Positions 26,701 to 41,700 of a DNA stretch of 64,000 bases are shown here, one piece after another; positions within the stretch are counted from its first letter, which is position 1; every line of letters begins with the position of its first letter. Location of the stretch: the NCBI GenBank assembly GCA_965235115.1, contig OZ249436.1, positions 46,502,001-46,566,000 of the forward strand, given 5' to 3'. The notes under the pieces were generated by a model. That model did not search any database, had not been told where the DNA came from, and saw only the letters and a program-made list of their open reading frames with translations. The position numbers and the translations under genes are program-made. This stretch comes from Laetmonice hystrix (taxonomy: Eukaryota).

Positions 26701-29700
26701 ATAGGTCTCGTACGTTCGCTACAGATATATGGTTGTGATGTGTACACTTCCCATTTGAGTATCTTCTCGAGATTTTAACATTAGATGCTCCTCGCCTGTA
26801 CCTTTCATTTCCACTACCTCACTGTAGTGTTTGCATGGCTACTATAGGCCAGCTGGTAAGATGTAGGGACTTCTCACTCTACTGGTTCGCCTCCCACACT
26901 GCTTGGCTCCACAGTGTAGGCCTACTCTTTGGCCTCACTGTACTCTTTGGCCTCACTGTAGTGTTCGTTTGGGTGCTAGGCCAGCCAGTATACCTTGTAG
27001 CGATTCCTCCCCGTACTGTTTGGCCTCCCTGTACCGTTTGCTTGTATACAAGAGTAGCCAGTAGTATAGGGACGCCTCATGTTTCAGTTTCCATGCCTTT
27101 ATTGTCCAGGAGGCAGGACATACGTTTCGTCTATCATCTACTCCCATCTTATCTGTGTCCCCTACAGACCATCTGTAAGCGTCCGACAACGTTGTCAGGT
27201 CGTCCCAATGACTGTTTGCCGTCAAGGTTGAGTTAACAATGGCAAATGACGTTGTACGCCTATTCTATATCAGATATCCCATCCCCAAGTAACAAACAAA
27301 CAAAAGATGATTACCCAGAGATTTTGCCGGCAGAAAACACCAGGGTGCAGCTGACGGCGCTGACTGCACTGCCGCCTTCCGGCCAGCGGTGGAATCACCA
27401 CGTACACCTGGCCGGGCTGGCAGGCACCTGTGGCCCTTAGGCGAGAGACAGGTTAAAGCAAGAATAAGCGAAAAATGGCTACATTTTTGATACGTCAAAT
27501 TGAAACTACGCCCCCCAAAATTATTATTCTTAGGCCAGATGTATAAGTGTCAAGCGTATAGGTCTCGTACCTTCGCTACAGATATATGGTTGTGATGTGT
27601 ACACTTCCCATTTGAGTATCTTCTCCAGATTTTAACATTAGATGCTCCTCGCCTGTACCTTTCATTTCCACTACCTCACTGTAGTGTTTGCATGGCTACT
27701 ATAGGCCAGATGGTAAGATGTAGGGACTTCTCACTCTACTGGTTGGCCTCCCACACGGCTTGGCTCCACAGTGTACTGTTTGGCCTCACTGTACTCTTTG
27801 GCCTCACTGTAGTGTTCGTTTGGGTGCTAGGCCAGTCAGTATACCTTGTAGCGATTCCTCCCCGTACTGTTTGGCCTCACTGTACCGTTTGCTTGTATAC
27901 AAGAGTAGCCAGTAGTATAGGGACGCCTTATGTTTCAGTTTCCATGCCTTTATTGTCCAGGAGGCAGGCCATACGTTTCGTCTATCATCTACTCCCATCT
28001 AATCTGTGTTCCCTACAGACCATCTGTAAGCGTCCGACAACGTTGTCAGGTCGTCCCGATGACTGTTTGCCGTCAAGGTTTAGTTAACAATGGCAAATGA
28101 CGTTGTACGCCTATTCTATATCAGATATCCCATCCCCAAGTAACAAACAAACAAAAGATGATTACCCAGAGATTTTGCCGGCAGAAAACACCAGGGTGCA
28201 GCTGACGGCGCTGACTGCACTGCCGCCTTCCGGCCAGCGGTGGAATCACCACGTACACCTGGCCGGGCTGGCAGGCACCTGTGGCCCTTAGGCGAGAGAC
28301 AGGTTAAAGCAAGAATAAGCGAAAAATGGCTAGATTTTTGATACGTCAAATTGAAACTACGGCCCCCAAAATTATTATTCTTAGGCCAGATGTATAAGTG
28401 TCAAGCGTATAGGTCTCGTACGTTCGCTACAGATATATGGTTGTGATGTGTACACTTCCCATTTGAGTATCTTCTCGACATTTTAACATTAGATGCTCCT
28501 CGCCTGTACCTTACATTTCCACTACCTCACTGTAGTGTTTGCATGGCTACTATAGGCCAGATGGTAAGATGTAGGGACTTCTCACTCTACTGGTTGGCCT
28601 CCCACACGGCTTGGCTCCACAGTGTACTCTTTGGCCTCACTGTACTCTTTGGCCTCGCTGTAGTGTTCGTTTGGGTGCTAGGCCAGCCAGTATACCTTGT
28701 AGCGATTCCTCCCCGTACTGTTTGGCCTCCCTGTACCGTTTGCTTGTATGCAAGAGTAGCCAGTAGTATAGGGACGCCTCATGTTCCAGTTTCCATGCCT
28801 TTATTGTCCAGGAGGCAGGCAATACGTTTCGTCTATTCTCTACTCCCATCTAATCTGTGTCCCCTACAGACCATCTGTAAGCGTCCGACAACGTTGTCAG
28901 GTCGTCCCAATGACTGTTTGCCGTCAAGGTTTAGTTAACAATGGCAAATGACGTTGTACGCCTATTCTATATCAGATATCCCATCCCCAAGTAACAAACA
29001 AACAAACAAAGGATGATTACCCAGAGATGTTGCCGGCAGAAAACACCAGGGTGCAGCTGACGGCGCTGACTGCACTGCCGCCTTCCGGCCAGCGGTGGAA
29101 TCACCACGTACACCTGGCCGGGCTGGCAGGCACCTGTGGCCCTTAGGCGAGAGACAGGTTAAAGCAATGATAAGCGAAAAATGGCTACATTTTTGATACG
29201 TCAAATTGAAACTACGCCCCCCAAAATTATTATTCTTAGGCCAGATGTATAAGTGTCAAGCGTATAGGTCTCGTACCTTCGCTACAGATATATGGTTGTG
29301 ATGTGTACATTTCCCATTTGAGTATCTTCTCCAGATTTTAACATTAGATGCTCCTCGCCTGTACCTTTCATTTCCATTACCTCACTGTAGTGTTTGCATG
29401 GCTACTATAGGCCAGCTGATAAGATGTAAGGACTTCTCACTCTACTGGTTGGCCTCCCACACTGCTTGGCTCCACAGTGTACTCTTTGGCCTCACTGTAC
29501 TCCTTGACCTCACTGTAGTGTTCGTTTGGGTGCTAGGCCATCCAGTATACCTTGTAGCGATTCCTCCCCGTGCTGTTTGGCCTCCCTGTACCGTTTGCTT
29601 GTATACAAGAGTAGCCAGTAGTATAGGGACGCCTCATGTTTCAGTTTCCATGCCTTTATTGTCCAGGAGGCAAGCCATACGTTTCTTCTATCATCTACTC

Positions 29701-32700
29701 CCATCTAATCTATGTCCCCTACAAACCATCTGTAAGCGTCCGACAACGTTGTCAGGTCGACCCAATGACTGTTTGCCGTCAAGGTTGAGTTAACAATGGC
29801 AAATGACGTTGTACGCCTATTCTATATCAGATATCCCATCCCCAAGTAACAAACAAACAAACAAAGGATGATTACCCAGAGATTTTGCCGGCAGAAAACA
29901 CCAGGGTGCAGCTGACGGCGCTGACTGCACTGCCGCCTTCCGGCCAGCGGTGGAATCACCACGTACACCTGGCCGGGCTGGCAGGCACCTGTGGCCCTTA
30001 GGCGAGAGACAGGTTAAAGCAAGAATAAGCGAAAAATGGCTACATTTTTGATACGTCAAATTGAAACTACGGCCCCCAAAATTATTATTCTTACGCCAGA
30101 TGTATAACTGTCAAGCGTATAGGTCTCGTACGTTCGCTACAGATATATGGTTGTGATGTGTACACTTCCCATTTGAGTATCTTCTCGACATTTTAACATT
30201 AGATGCTCCTCGCCTGTACCTTACATTTCCACTACCTCACTGTAGTGTTTGCATGGCTACTATAGGCCAGATGGTAAGATGTAGGGACTTCTCACTCTAC
30301 TGGTTGGCCTCCCACACGGCTTGGCTCCACAGTGTACTCTTTGGCCTCACTGTACTCTTTGGCCTCGCTGTAGTGTTCGTTTGGATGCTAGGCCAGCCAG
30401 TATACCTTGTAGCGATTCCTCCCCGTACTGTTTGGCCTCCCTGTACCGTTTGCTTGTATGCAAGAGTAGCCAGTAGTATAGGGACGCCTCATGTTTCAGT
30501 TTCCATGCCTTTATTGTCCAGGAGGCAGGCCATACGTTTCGTCTATTCTCTACTCCCATCTAATCTGTGTCCCCTACAGACCATCTGTAAGCGTCCGACA
30601 ACGTTGTCAGGTCGTCCCAATGACTGTTTGCCGTCAAGGTTTAGTTAACAATGGCAAATGACGTTGTACGCCTATTCTATATCAGATATCCCATCCCCAA
30701 GTAACAAACAAACACACAAAGGATGATTACCCAGAGATGTTGCCGGCAGAAAACACCAGGGTGCAGCTGACGGCGCTGACTGCACTGCCGCCTTCCGGCC
30801 AGCGGTGGAATCACCACGTACACCTGGCCGGGCTGGCAGGCACCTGTGGCCCTTAGGCGAGAGACAGGTTAAAGCAATGATAAGCGAAAAATGGCTACAT
30901 TTTTGATACGTCAAATTGAAACTACGCCCCCCAAAATTATTATTCTTAGGCCAGATGTATAAGTGTCAAGCGTATAGGTCTCGTACCTTCGCTACAGATA
31001 TATGGTTGTGATGTGTACATTTCCCATTTGAGTATCTTCTCCAGATTTTAACATTAGATGCTCCTCGCCTGTACCTTTCATTTCCATTACCTCACTGTAG
31101 TGTTTGCATGGCTACTATAGGCCAGCTGATAAGATGTAAGGACTTCTCACTCTACTGGTTGGCCTCCCACACTGCTTGGCTCCACAGTGTACTCTTTGGC
31201 CTCACTGTACTCCTTGGCCTCACTGTAGTGTTCGTTTGGGTGCTAGGCCATCCAGTATACCTTGTAGCGATTCCTCCCCGTGCTGTTTGGCCTCCCTGTA
31301 CCGTTTGCTTGTATACAAGAGTAGCCAGTAGTATAGGGACGCCTCATGTTTCAGTTTCCATGCCTTTATTGTCCAGGAGGCAAGCCATACGTTTCTTCTA
31401 TCATCTACTCCCATCTAATCTATGTCCCCTACAAACCATCTGTAAGCGTCCGACAACGTTGTCAGGTCGACCCAATGACTGTTTGCCGTCAAGGTTGAGT
31501 TAACAATGGCAAATGACGTTGTACGCCTATTCTATATCAGATATCCCATCCCCAAGTAACAAACAAACAAACAAAGGATGATTACCCAGAGATTTTGCCG
31601 GCAGAAAACACCAGGGTGCAGCTGACGGCGCTGACTGCACTGCCGCCTTCCGGCCAGCGGTGGAATCACCACGTACACCTGGCCGGGCTGGCAGGCACCT
31701 GTGGCCCTTAGGCGAGAGACAGGTTAAAGCAAGAATAAGCGAAAAATGGCTACATTTTTGATACGTCAAATTGAAACTACGGCCCCCAAAATTATTATTC
31801 TTACGCCAGATGTATAACTGTCAAGCGTATAGGTCTCGTACGTTCGCTACAGATATATGGTTGTGATGTGTACACTTCCCATTTGAGTATCTTCTCGACA
31901 TTTTAACATTAGATGCTCCTCGCCTGTACCTTACATTTCCACTACCTCACTGTAGTGTTTGCATGGCTACTATAGGCCAGATGGTAAGATGTAGGGACTT
32001 CTCACTCTACTGGTTGGCCTCCCACACGGCTTGGCTCCACAGTGTACTCTTTGGCCTCACTGTACTCTTTGGCCTCGCTGTAGTGTTCGTTTGGATGCTA
32101 GGCCAGCCAGTATACCTTGTAGCGATTCCTCCCCGTACTGTTTGGCCTCCCTGTACCGTTTGCTTGTATGCAAGAGTAGCCAGTAGTATAGGGACGCCTC
32201 ATGTTTCAGTTTCCATGCCTTTATTGTCCAGGAGGCAGGCCATACGTTTCGTCTATTCTCTACTCCCATCTAATCTGTGTCCCCTACAGACCATCTGTAA
32301 GCGTCCGACAACGTTGTCAGGTCGTCCCAATGACTGTTTGCCGTCAAGGTTTAGTTAACAATGGCAAATGACGTTGTACGCCTATTCTATATCAGATATC
32401 CCATCCCCAAGTAACAAACAAACACACAAAGGATGATTACCCAGAGATGTTGCCGGCAGAAAACACCAGGGTGCAGCTGACGGCGCTGACTGCACTGCCG
32501 CCTTCCGGCCAGCGGTGGAATCACCACGTACACCTGGCCGGGCTGGCAGGCACCTGTGGCCCTTAGGCGAGAGACAGGTTAAAGCAATGATAAGCGAAAA
32601 ATGGCTACATTTTTGATACGTCAAATTGAAACTACGCCCCCCAAAATTATTATTCTTAGGCCAGATGTATAAGTGTCAAGCGTATAGGTCTCGTACCTTC

Positions 32701-35700
32701 GCTACAGATATATGGTTGTGATGTGTACATTTCCCATTTGAGTATCTTCTCCAGATTTTAACATTAGATGCTCCTCGCCTGTACCTTTCATTTCCATTAC
32801 CTCACTGTAGTGTTTGCATAGCTACTATAGGCCAGCTGATAAGATGTAAGGACTTCTCACTCTACTGGTTGGCCTCCCACACTGCTTGGCTCCACAGTGT
32901 ACTCTTTGGCCTCACTGTACTCCTTGGCCTCACTGTAGTGTTCGTTTGGGTGCTAGGCCATCCAGTATACCTTGTAGCGATTCCTCCCCGTGCTGTTTGG
33001 CCTCCCTGTACCGTTTGCTTGTATACAAGAGTAGCCAGTAGTATAGGGACGCCTCATGTTTCAGTTTCCATGCCTTTATTGTCCAGGAGGCAAGCCATAC
33101 GTTTCTTCTATCATCTACTCCCATCTAATCTATGTCCCCTACAAACCATCTGTAAGCGTCCGACAACGTTGTCAGGTCGACCCAATGACTGTTTGCCGTC
33201 AAGGTTGAGTTAACAATGGCAAATGACGTTGTACGCCTATTCTATATCAGATATCCCATCCCCAAGTAACAAACAAACAAACAAAGGATGATTACCCAGA
33301 GATTTTGCCGGCAGAAAACACCAGGGTGCAGCTGACGGCGCTGACTGCACTGCCGCCTTCCGGCCAGCGGTGGAATCACCACGTACACCTGGCCGGGCTG
33401 GCAGGCACCTGTGGCCCTTAGGCGAGAGACAGGTTAAAGCAAGAATAAGCGAAAAATGGCTACATTTTTGATACGTCAAATTGAAACTACGGCCCCCAAA
33501 ATTATTATTCTTAGGCCAGATGTATAACTGTCAAGCGTATAGGTCTCGTACGTTCGCTACAGATATATGGTTGTGATGTGTACACCTCCCATTTGAGTAT
33601 CTTCTCGACATTTTAACATTAGATGCTCCTCGCCTGTACCTTACATTTCCACTACCTCACTGTAGTGTTTGCATGGCTACTATAGGCCAGATGGTAAGAT
33701 GTAGGGACTTCTCGCTCTACTGGTTGGCCTCCCACACGGCTTGGCTCCACAGTGTACTGTTTGGCATCACTGTACTCTTTGGCCTCACTGTAGTGTTCGT
33801 TTGGGTGCTAGGCCAGTCAGTATACCTTGTAGCGATTCCTCCCCGTACTGTTTGGCCTCACTGTACCGTTTGCTTGTATACAAGAGTAGCCAGTAGTATA
33901 GGGACGCCTTATGTTTCAGTTTCTATGCCTTTATTGTCCAGGAGGCAGGCCATACGTTTCGTCTATCATCTACTCCCATCTAATCTGTGTTCCCTACAGA
34001 CCATCTGTAAGCGTCCGACAACGTTGTCAGGTCGTCCCAATGACTGTTTGCCGTCAAGGTTTAGTTAACAATGGCAAATGACGTTGTACGCCTATTCTAT
34101 ATCAGATATCCCATCCCCAAGTAACAAACAAACAAACAAAGGATGATTACCCAGAGATGTTGCCGGCAGAAAACACCAGGGTGCAGCTGACGGCGCTGAC
34201 TGCACTGCCGCCTTCCGGCCAGCGGTGGAATCACCACGTACACCTGGCCAGGCTGGCAGGCACCTGTGGCCCTTAGGCGAGAGACAGGTTAAAGCAATGA
34301 TAAGCGAAAAATGGCTACATTTTTGATACGTCAAATTGAAACTACGCCCCCCAAAATTATTATTCTTAGGCCAGATGTATAAGTGTCAAGCGTATAGGTC
34401 TCGTACCTTCGCTACAGATATATGGTTGTGATGTGTACATTTCCCATTTGAGTATCTTCTCCAGATTTTAACATTAGATGCTCCTCGCCTGTACCTTTCA
34501 TTTCCATTACCTCACTGTAGTGTTTGCATGGCTACTATAGGCCAGCTGATAAGATGTAAGGACTTCTCACTCTACTGGTTGGCCTCCCACACTGCTTGGC
34601 TCCACAGTGTACTCTTTGGCCTCACTGTACTCCTTGGCCTCACTGTAGTGTTCGTTTGGGTGCTAGGCCATCCAGTATACCTTGTAGCGATTCCTCCCCG
34701 TGCTGTTTGGCCTCCCTGTACCGTTTGCTTGTATACAAGAGTAGCCAGTAGTATAGGGACGCCTCATGTTTCAGTTTCCATGCCTTTATTGTCCAGGAGG
34801 CAAGCCATACGTTTCTTCTATCATCTACTCCCATCTAATCTATGTCCCCTACAAACCATCTGTAAGCGTCCGACAACGTTGTCAGGTCGACCCAATGACT
34901 GTTTGCCGTCAAGGTTGAGTTAACAATGGCAAATGACGTTGTACGCCTATTCTATATCAGATATCCCATCCCCAAGTAACAAACAAACAAACAAAGGATG
35001 ATTACCCAGAGATTTTGCCGGCAGAAAACACCAGGGTGCAGCTGACGGCGCTGACTGCACTGCCGCCTTCCGGCCAGCGGTGGAATCACCACGTACACCT
35101 GGCCGGGCTGGCAGGCACCTGTGGCCCTTAGGCGAGAGACAGGTTAAAGCAAGAATAAGCGAAAAATGGCTACATTTTTGATACGTCAAATTGAAACTAC
35201 GGCCCCCAAAATTATTATTCTTACGCCAGATGTATAACTGTCAAGCGTATAGGTCTCGTACGTTCGCTACAGATATATGGTTGTGATGTGTACACTTCCC
35301 ATTTGAGTATCTTCTCGATATTTTAACATTAGATGCTCCTCGCCTGTACCTTACATTTCCACTACCTCACTGTAGTGTTTGCATGGCTACTATAGGCCAG
35401 ATGGTAAGATGTAGGGACTTCTCACTCTACTGGTTGGCCTCCCACACGGCTTGGCTCCACAGTGTACTGTTTGGCCTCACTGTACTCTTTGGCCTCACTG
35501 TAGTGTTCGTTTGGGTGCTAGGCCAGTCAGTATACCTTGTAGCGATTCCTCCCCGTACTGTTTGGCCTCACTGTACCGTTTGCTTGTATACAAGAGTAGC
35601 CAGTAGTATAGGGACGCCTTATGTTTCAGTTTCCATGCCTTTATTGTCCAGGAGGCAGGCCATACGTTTCGTCTATCATCTACTCCCATCTAATCTGTGT

Positions 35701-38700
35701 TCCCTACAGACCATCTGTAAGCGTCCGACAACGTTGTCAGGTCGTCCCGATGACTTTTTGCCGTCAAGGTTTAGTTAACAATGGCAAATGACGTTGTACG
35801 CCTATTCTATATCAGATATCCCATCCCCAAGTAACAAACAAACAAAAGATGATTACCCAGAGATTTTGCCGGCAGAAAACACCAGGGTGCAGCTGACGGC
35901 GCTGACTGCACTGCCGCCTTCCGGCCAGCGGTGGAATCACCACGTACACCTGGCCGGGCTGGCAGGCACCTGTGGCCCTTAGGCGAGAGACAGGTTAAAG
36001 CAAGAATAAGCGAAAAATGGCTAGATTTTTGATACGTCAAATTGAAACTACGGCCCCCAAAATTATTATTTGTAGGCCAGATGTATAACTGTCAAGCGTA
36101 TAGGTCTCGTACGTTCGCTACAGATATATGGTTGTGATGTGTACACTTCCCATTTGAGTATCTTCTCGACATTTTAACATTAGATGCTCCTCGCCTGTAC
36201 CTTACATTTCCACTACCTCACTGTAGTGTTTGCATGGCTACTATAGGCCAGATGGTAAGATGTAGGGACTTCTCACTCTACTGGTTGGCCTCCCACACGG
36301 CTTGGCTCCACAGTGTACTCTTTGGCCTCACTGTACTCTTTGGCCTCGCTGTAGTGTTCGTTTGGGTGCTAGGCCAGCCAGTATACCTTGTAGCGATTCC
36401 TCCCCGTACTGTTTGGCCTCCCTGTACCGTTTGCTTGTATGCAAGAGTAGCCAGTAGTATAGGGACGCCTCATGTTTCAGTTTCCATGCCTTTATTGTCC
36501 AGGAGGCAGGCCATACGTTTCGTCTATTCTCTACTCCCATCTAATCTGTGTCCCCTACAGACCATCTGTAAGCGTCCGACAACGTTGTCAGGTCGTCCCA
36601 ATGACTGTTTGCCGTCAAGGTTTAGTTAACAATGGCAAATGACGTTGTACGCCTATTCTATATCAGATATCCCATCCCCAAGTAACAAACAAACAAACAA
36701 AGGATGATTACCCAGAGATGTTGCCGGCAGAAAACACCAGGGTGCAGCTGACGGCGCTGACTGCACTGCCGCCTTCCGGCCAGCGGTGGAATCACCACGT
36801 ACACCTGGCCGGGCTGGCAGGCACCTGTGGCCCTTAGGCGAGAGACAGGTTAAAGCAATGATAAGCGAAAAATGGCTACATTTTTGATACGTCAAATTGA
36901 AACTACGCCCCCCAAAATTATTATTCTTAGGCCAGATGTATAAGTGTCAAGCGTATAGGTCTCGTACCTTCGCTACAGATATATGGTTGTGATGTGTACA
37001 TTTCCCATTTGAGTATCTTCTCCAGATTTTAACATTAGATGCTCCTCGCCTGTACCTTTCATTTCCATTACCTCACTGTAGTGTTTGCATGGCTACTATA
37101 GGCCAGCTGATAAGATGTAAGGACTTCTCACTCTACTGGTTGGCCTCCCACACTGCTTGGCTCCACAGTGTACTCTTTGGCCTCACTGTACTCCTTGGCC
37201 TCACTGTAGTGTTCGTTTGGGTGCTAGGCCATCCAGTATACCTTGTAGCGATTCCTCCCCGTGCTGTTTGGCCTCCCTGTACCGTTTGCTTGTATACAAG
37301 AGTAGCCAGTAGTATAGGGACGCCTCATGTTTCAGTTTCCATGCCTTTATTGTCCAGGAGGCAAGCCATACGTTTCTTCTATCATCTACTCCCATCTAAT
37401 CTATGTCCCCTACAAACCATCTGTAAGCGTCCGACAACGTTGTCAGGTCGACCCAATGACTGTTTGCCGTCAAGGTTGAGTTAACAATGGCAAATGACGT
37501 TGTACGCCTATTCTATATCAGATATCCCATCCCCAAGTAACAAACAAACAAACAAAGGATGATTACCCAGAGATTTTGCCGGCAGAAAACACCAGGGTGC
37601 AGCTGACGGCGCTGACTGCACTGCCGCCTTCCGGCCAGCGGTGGAATCACCACGTACACCTGGCCGGGCTGGCAGGCACCTGTGGCCCTTAGGCGAGAGA
37701 CAGGTTAAAGCAAGAATAAGCGAAAAATGGCTACATTTTTGATACGTCAAATTGAAACTACGGCCCCCAAAATTATTATTCTTAGGCCAGATGTATAACT
37801 GTCAAGCGTATAGGTCTCGTACGTTCGCTACAGATATATGGTTGTGATGTGTACACCTCCCATTTGAGTATCTTCTCGACATTTTAACATTAGATGCTCC
37901 TCGCCTGTACCTTACATTTCCACTACCTCACTGTAGTGTTTGCATGGCTACTATAGGCCAGATGGTAAGATGTAGGGACTTCTCACTCTACTGGTTGGCC
38001 TCCCACACGGCTTGGCTCCACAGTGTACTGTTTGGCATCACTGTACTCTTTGGCCTCACTGTAGTGTTCGTTTGGGTGCTAGGCCAGTCAGTATACCTTG
38101 TAGCGATTCCTCCCCGTACTGTTTGGCCTCACTGTACCGTTTGCTTGTATACAAGAGTAGCCAGTAGTATAGGGACGCCTTATGTTTCAGTTTCCATGCC
38201 TTTATTGTCCAGGAGGCAGGCCATACGTTTCGTCTATCATCTACTCCCATCTAATCTGTGTTCCCTACAGACCATCTGTAAGCGTCCGACAACGTTGTCA
38301 GGTCGTCCCAATGACTGTTTGCCGTCAAGGTTTAGTTAACAATGGCAAATGACGTTGTACGCCTATTCTATATCAGATATCCCATCCCCAAGTAACAAAC
38401 AAACAAACAAAGGATGATTACCCAGAGATGTTGCCGGCAGAAAACACCAGGGTGCAGCTGACGGCGCTGACTGCACTGCCGCCTTCCGGCCAGCGGTGGA
38501 ATCACCACGTACACCTGGCCGGGCTGGCAGGCACCTGTGGCCCTTAGGCGAGAGACAGGTTAAAGCAATGATAAGCGAAAAATGGCTACATTTTTGATAC
38601 GTCAAATTGAAACTACGCCCCCCAAAATTATTATTCTTAGGCCAGATGTATAAGTGTCAAGCGTATAGGTCTCGTACCTTCGCTACAGATATATGGTTGT

Positions 38701-41700
38701 GATGTGTACATTTCCCATTTGAGTATCTTCTCCAGATTTTAACATTAGATGCTCCTCGCCTGTACCTTTCATTTCCATTACCTCACTGTAGTGTTTGCAT
38801 GGCTACTATAGGCCAGCTGATAAGATGTAAGGACTTCTCACTCTACTGGTTGGCCTCCCACACTGCTTGGCTCCACAGTGTACTCTTTGGCCTCACTGTA
38901 CTCCTTGGCCTCACTGTAGTGTTCGTTTGGGTGCTAGGCCATCCAGTATACCTTGTAGCGATTCCTCCCCGTGCTGTTTGGCCTCCCTGTACCGTTTGCT
39001 TGTATACAAGAGTAGCCAGTAGTATAGGGACGCCTCATGTTTCAGTTTCCATGCCTTTATTGTCCAGGAGGCAAGCCATACGTTTCTTCTATCATCTACT
39101 CCCATCTAATCTATGTCCCCTACAAACCATCTGTAAGCGTCCGACAACGTTGTCAGGTCGACCCAATGACTGTTTGCCGTCAAGGTTGAGTTAACAATGG
39201 CAAATGACGTTGTACGCCTATTCTATATCAGATATCCCATCCCCAAGTAACAAACAAACAAACAAAGGATGATTACCCAGAGATTTTGCCGGCAGAAAAC
39301 ACCAGGGTGCAGCTGACGGCGCTGACTGCACTGCCGCCTTCCGGCCAGCGGTGGAATCACCACGTACACCTGGCCGGGCTGGCAGGCACCTGTGGCCCTT
39401 AGGCGAGAGACAGGTTAAAGCAAGAATAAGCGAAAAATGGCTACATTTTTGATACGTCAAATTGAAACTACGGCCCCCAAAATTATTATTCTTAGGCCAG
39501 ATGTATAACTGTCAAGCGTATAGGTCTCGTACGTTCGCTACAGATATATGGTTGTGATGTGTACACTTCCCATTTGAGTATCTTCTCGATATTTTAACAT
39601 TAGATGCTCCTCGCCTGTACCTTACATTTCCACTACCTCACTGTAGTGTTTGCATGGCTACTATAGGCCAGATGGTAAGATGTAGGGACTTCTCACTCTA
39701 CTGGTTGGCCTCCCACACGGCTTGGCTCCACAGTGTACTGTTTGGCCTCACTGTACTCTTTGGCCTCACTGTAGTGTTCGTTTGGGTGCTAGGCCAGTCA
39801 GTATACCTTGTAGCGATTCCTCCCCGTACTGTTTGGCCTCACGTACTGTACCGTTTGCTTGTATACAAGAGTAGCCAGTAGTATAGGGACGCCTTATGTT
39901 TCAGTTTCCATGCCTTTATTGTCCAGGAGGCAGGCCATACGTTTCGTCTATCATCTACTCCCATCTAATCTGTGTTCCCTACAGACCATCTGTAAGCGTC
40001 CGACAACGTTGTCAGGTCGTCCCGATGACTTTTTGCCGTCAAGGTTTAGTTAACAATGGCAAATGACGTTGTACGCCTATTCTATATCAGATATCCCATC
40101 CCCAAGTAACAAACAAACAAAAGATGATTACCCAGAGATTTTGCCGGCAGAAAACACCAGGGTGCAGCTGACGGCGCTGACTGCACTGCCGCCTTCCGGC
40201 CAGCGGTGGAATCACCACGTACACCTGGCCGGGCTGGCAGGCACCTGTGGCCCTTAGGCGAGAGACAGGTTAAAGCAAGAATAAGCGAAAAATGGCTAGA
40301 TTTTTGATACGTCAAATTGAAACTACGGCCCCCAAAATTATTATTTGTAGGCCAGATGTATAACTGTCAAGCGTATAGGTCTCGTACGTTCGCTACAGAT
40401 ATATGGTTGTGATGTGTACACTTCCCATTTGAGTATCTTCTCGACATTTTAACATTAGATGCTCCTCGCCTGTACCTTACATTTCCACTACCTCACTGTA
40501 GTGTTTGCATGGCTACTATAGGCCAGATGGTAAGATGTAGGGACTTCTCACTCTACTGGTTGGCCTCCCACACGGCTTGGCTCCACAGTGTACTCTTTGG
40601 CCTCACTGTACTCTTTGGCCTCGCTGTAGTGTTCGTTTGGGTGCTAGGCCAGCCAGTATACCTTGTAGCGATTCCTCCCCGTACTGTTTGGCCTCCCTGT
40701 ACCGTTTGCTTGTATGCAAGAGTAGCCAGTAGTATAGGGACGCCTCATGTTTCAGTTTCCATGCCTTTATTGTCCAGGAGGCAGGCCATACGTTTCGTCT
40801 ATTCTCTACTCCCATCTAATCTGTGTCCCCTACAGACCATCTGTAAGCGTCCGACAACGTTGTCAGGTCGTCCCAATGACTGTTTGCCGTCAAGGTTTAG
40901 TTAACAATGGCAAATGACGTTGTACGCCTATTCTATATCAGATATCCCATCCCCAAGTAACAAACAAACAAACAAAGGATGATTACCCAGAGATGTTGCC
41001 GGCAGAAAACACCAGGGTGCAGCTGACGGCGCTGACTGCACTGCCGCCTTCCGGCCAGCGGTGGAATCACCACGTACACCTGGCCGGGCTGGCAGGCACC
41101 TGTGGCCCTTAGGCGAGAGACAGGTTAAAGCAATGATAAGCGAAAAATGGCTACATTTTTGATACGTCAAATTGAAACTACGCCCCCCAAAATTATTATT
41201 CTTAGGCCAGATGTATAAGTGTCAAGCGTATAGGTCTCGTACCTTCGCTACAGATATATGGTTGTGATGTGTACATTTCCCATTTGAGTATCTTCTCCAG
41301 ATTTTAACATTAGATGCTCCTCGCCTGTACCTTTCATTTCCATTACCTCACTGTAGTGTTTGCATGGCTACTATAGGCCAGCTGATAAGATGTAAGGACT
41401 TCTCACTCTACTGGTTGGCCTCCCACACTGCTTGGCTCCACAGTGTACTCTTTGGCCTCACTGTACTCCTTGGCCTCACTGTAGTGTTCGTTTGGGTGCT
41501 AGGCCATCCAGTATACCTTGTAGCGATTCCTCCCCGTGCTGTTTGGCCTCCCTGTACCGTTTGCTTGTATACAAGAGTAGCCAGTAGTATAGGGACGCCT
41601 CATGTTTCAGTTTCCATGCCTTTATTGTCCAGGAGGCAAGCCATACGTTTCTTCTATCATCTACTCCCATCTAATCTATGTCCCCTACAAACCATCTGTA

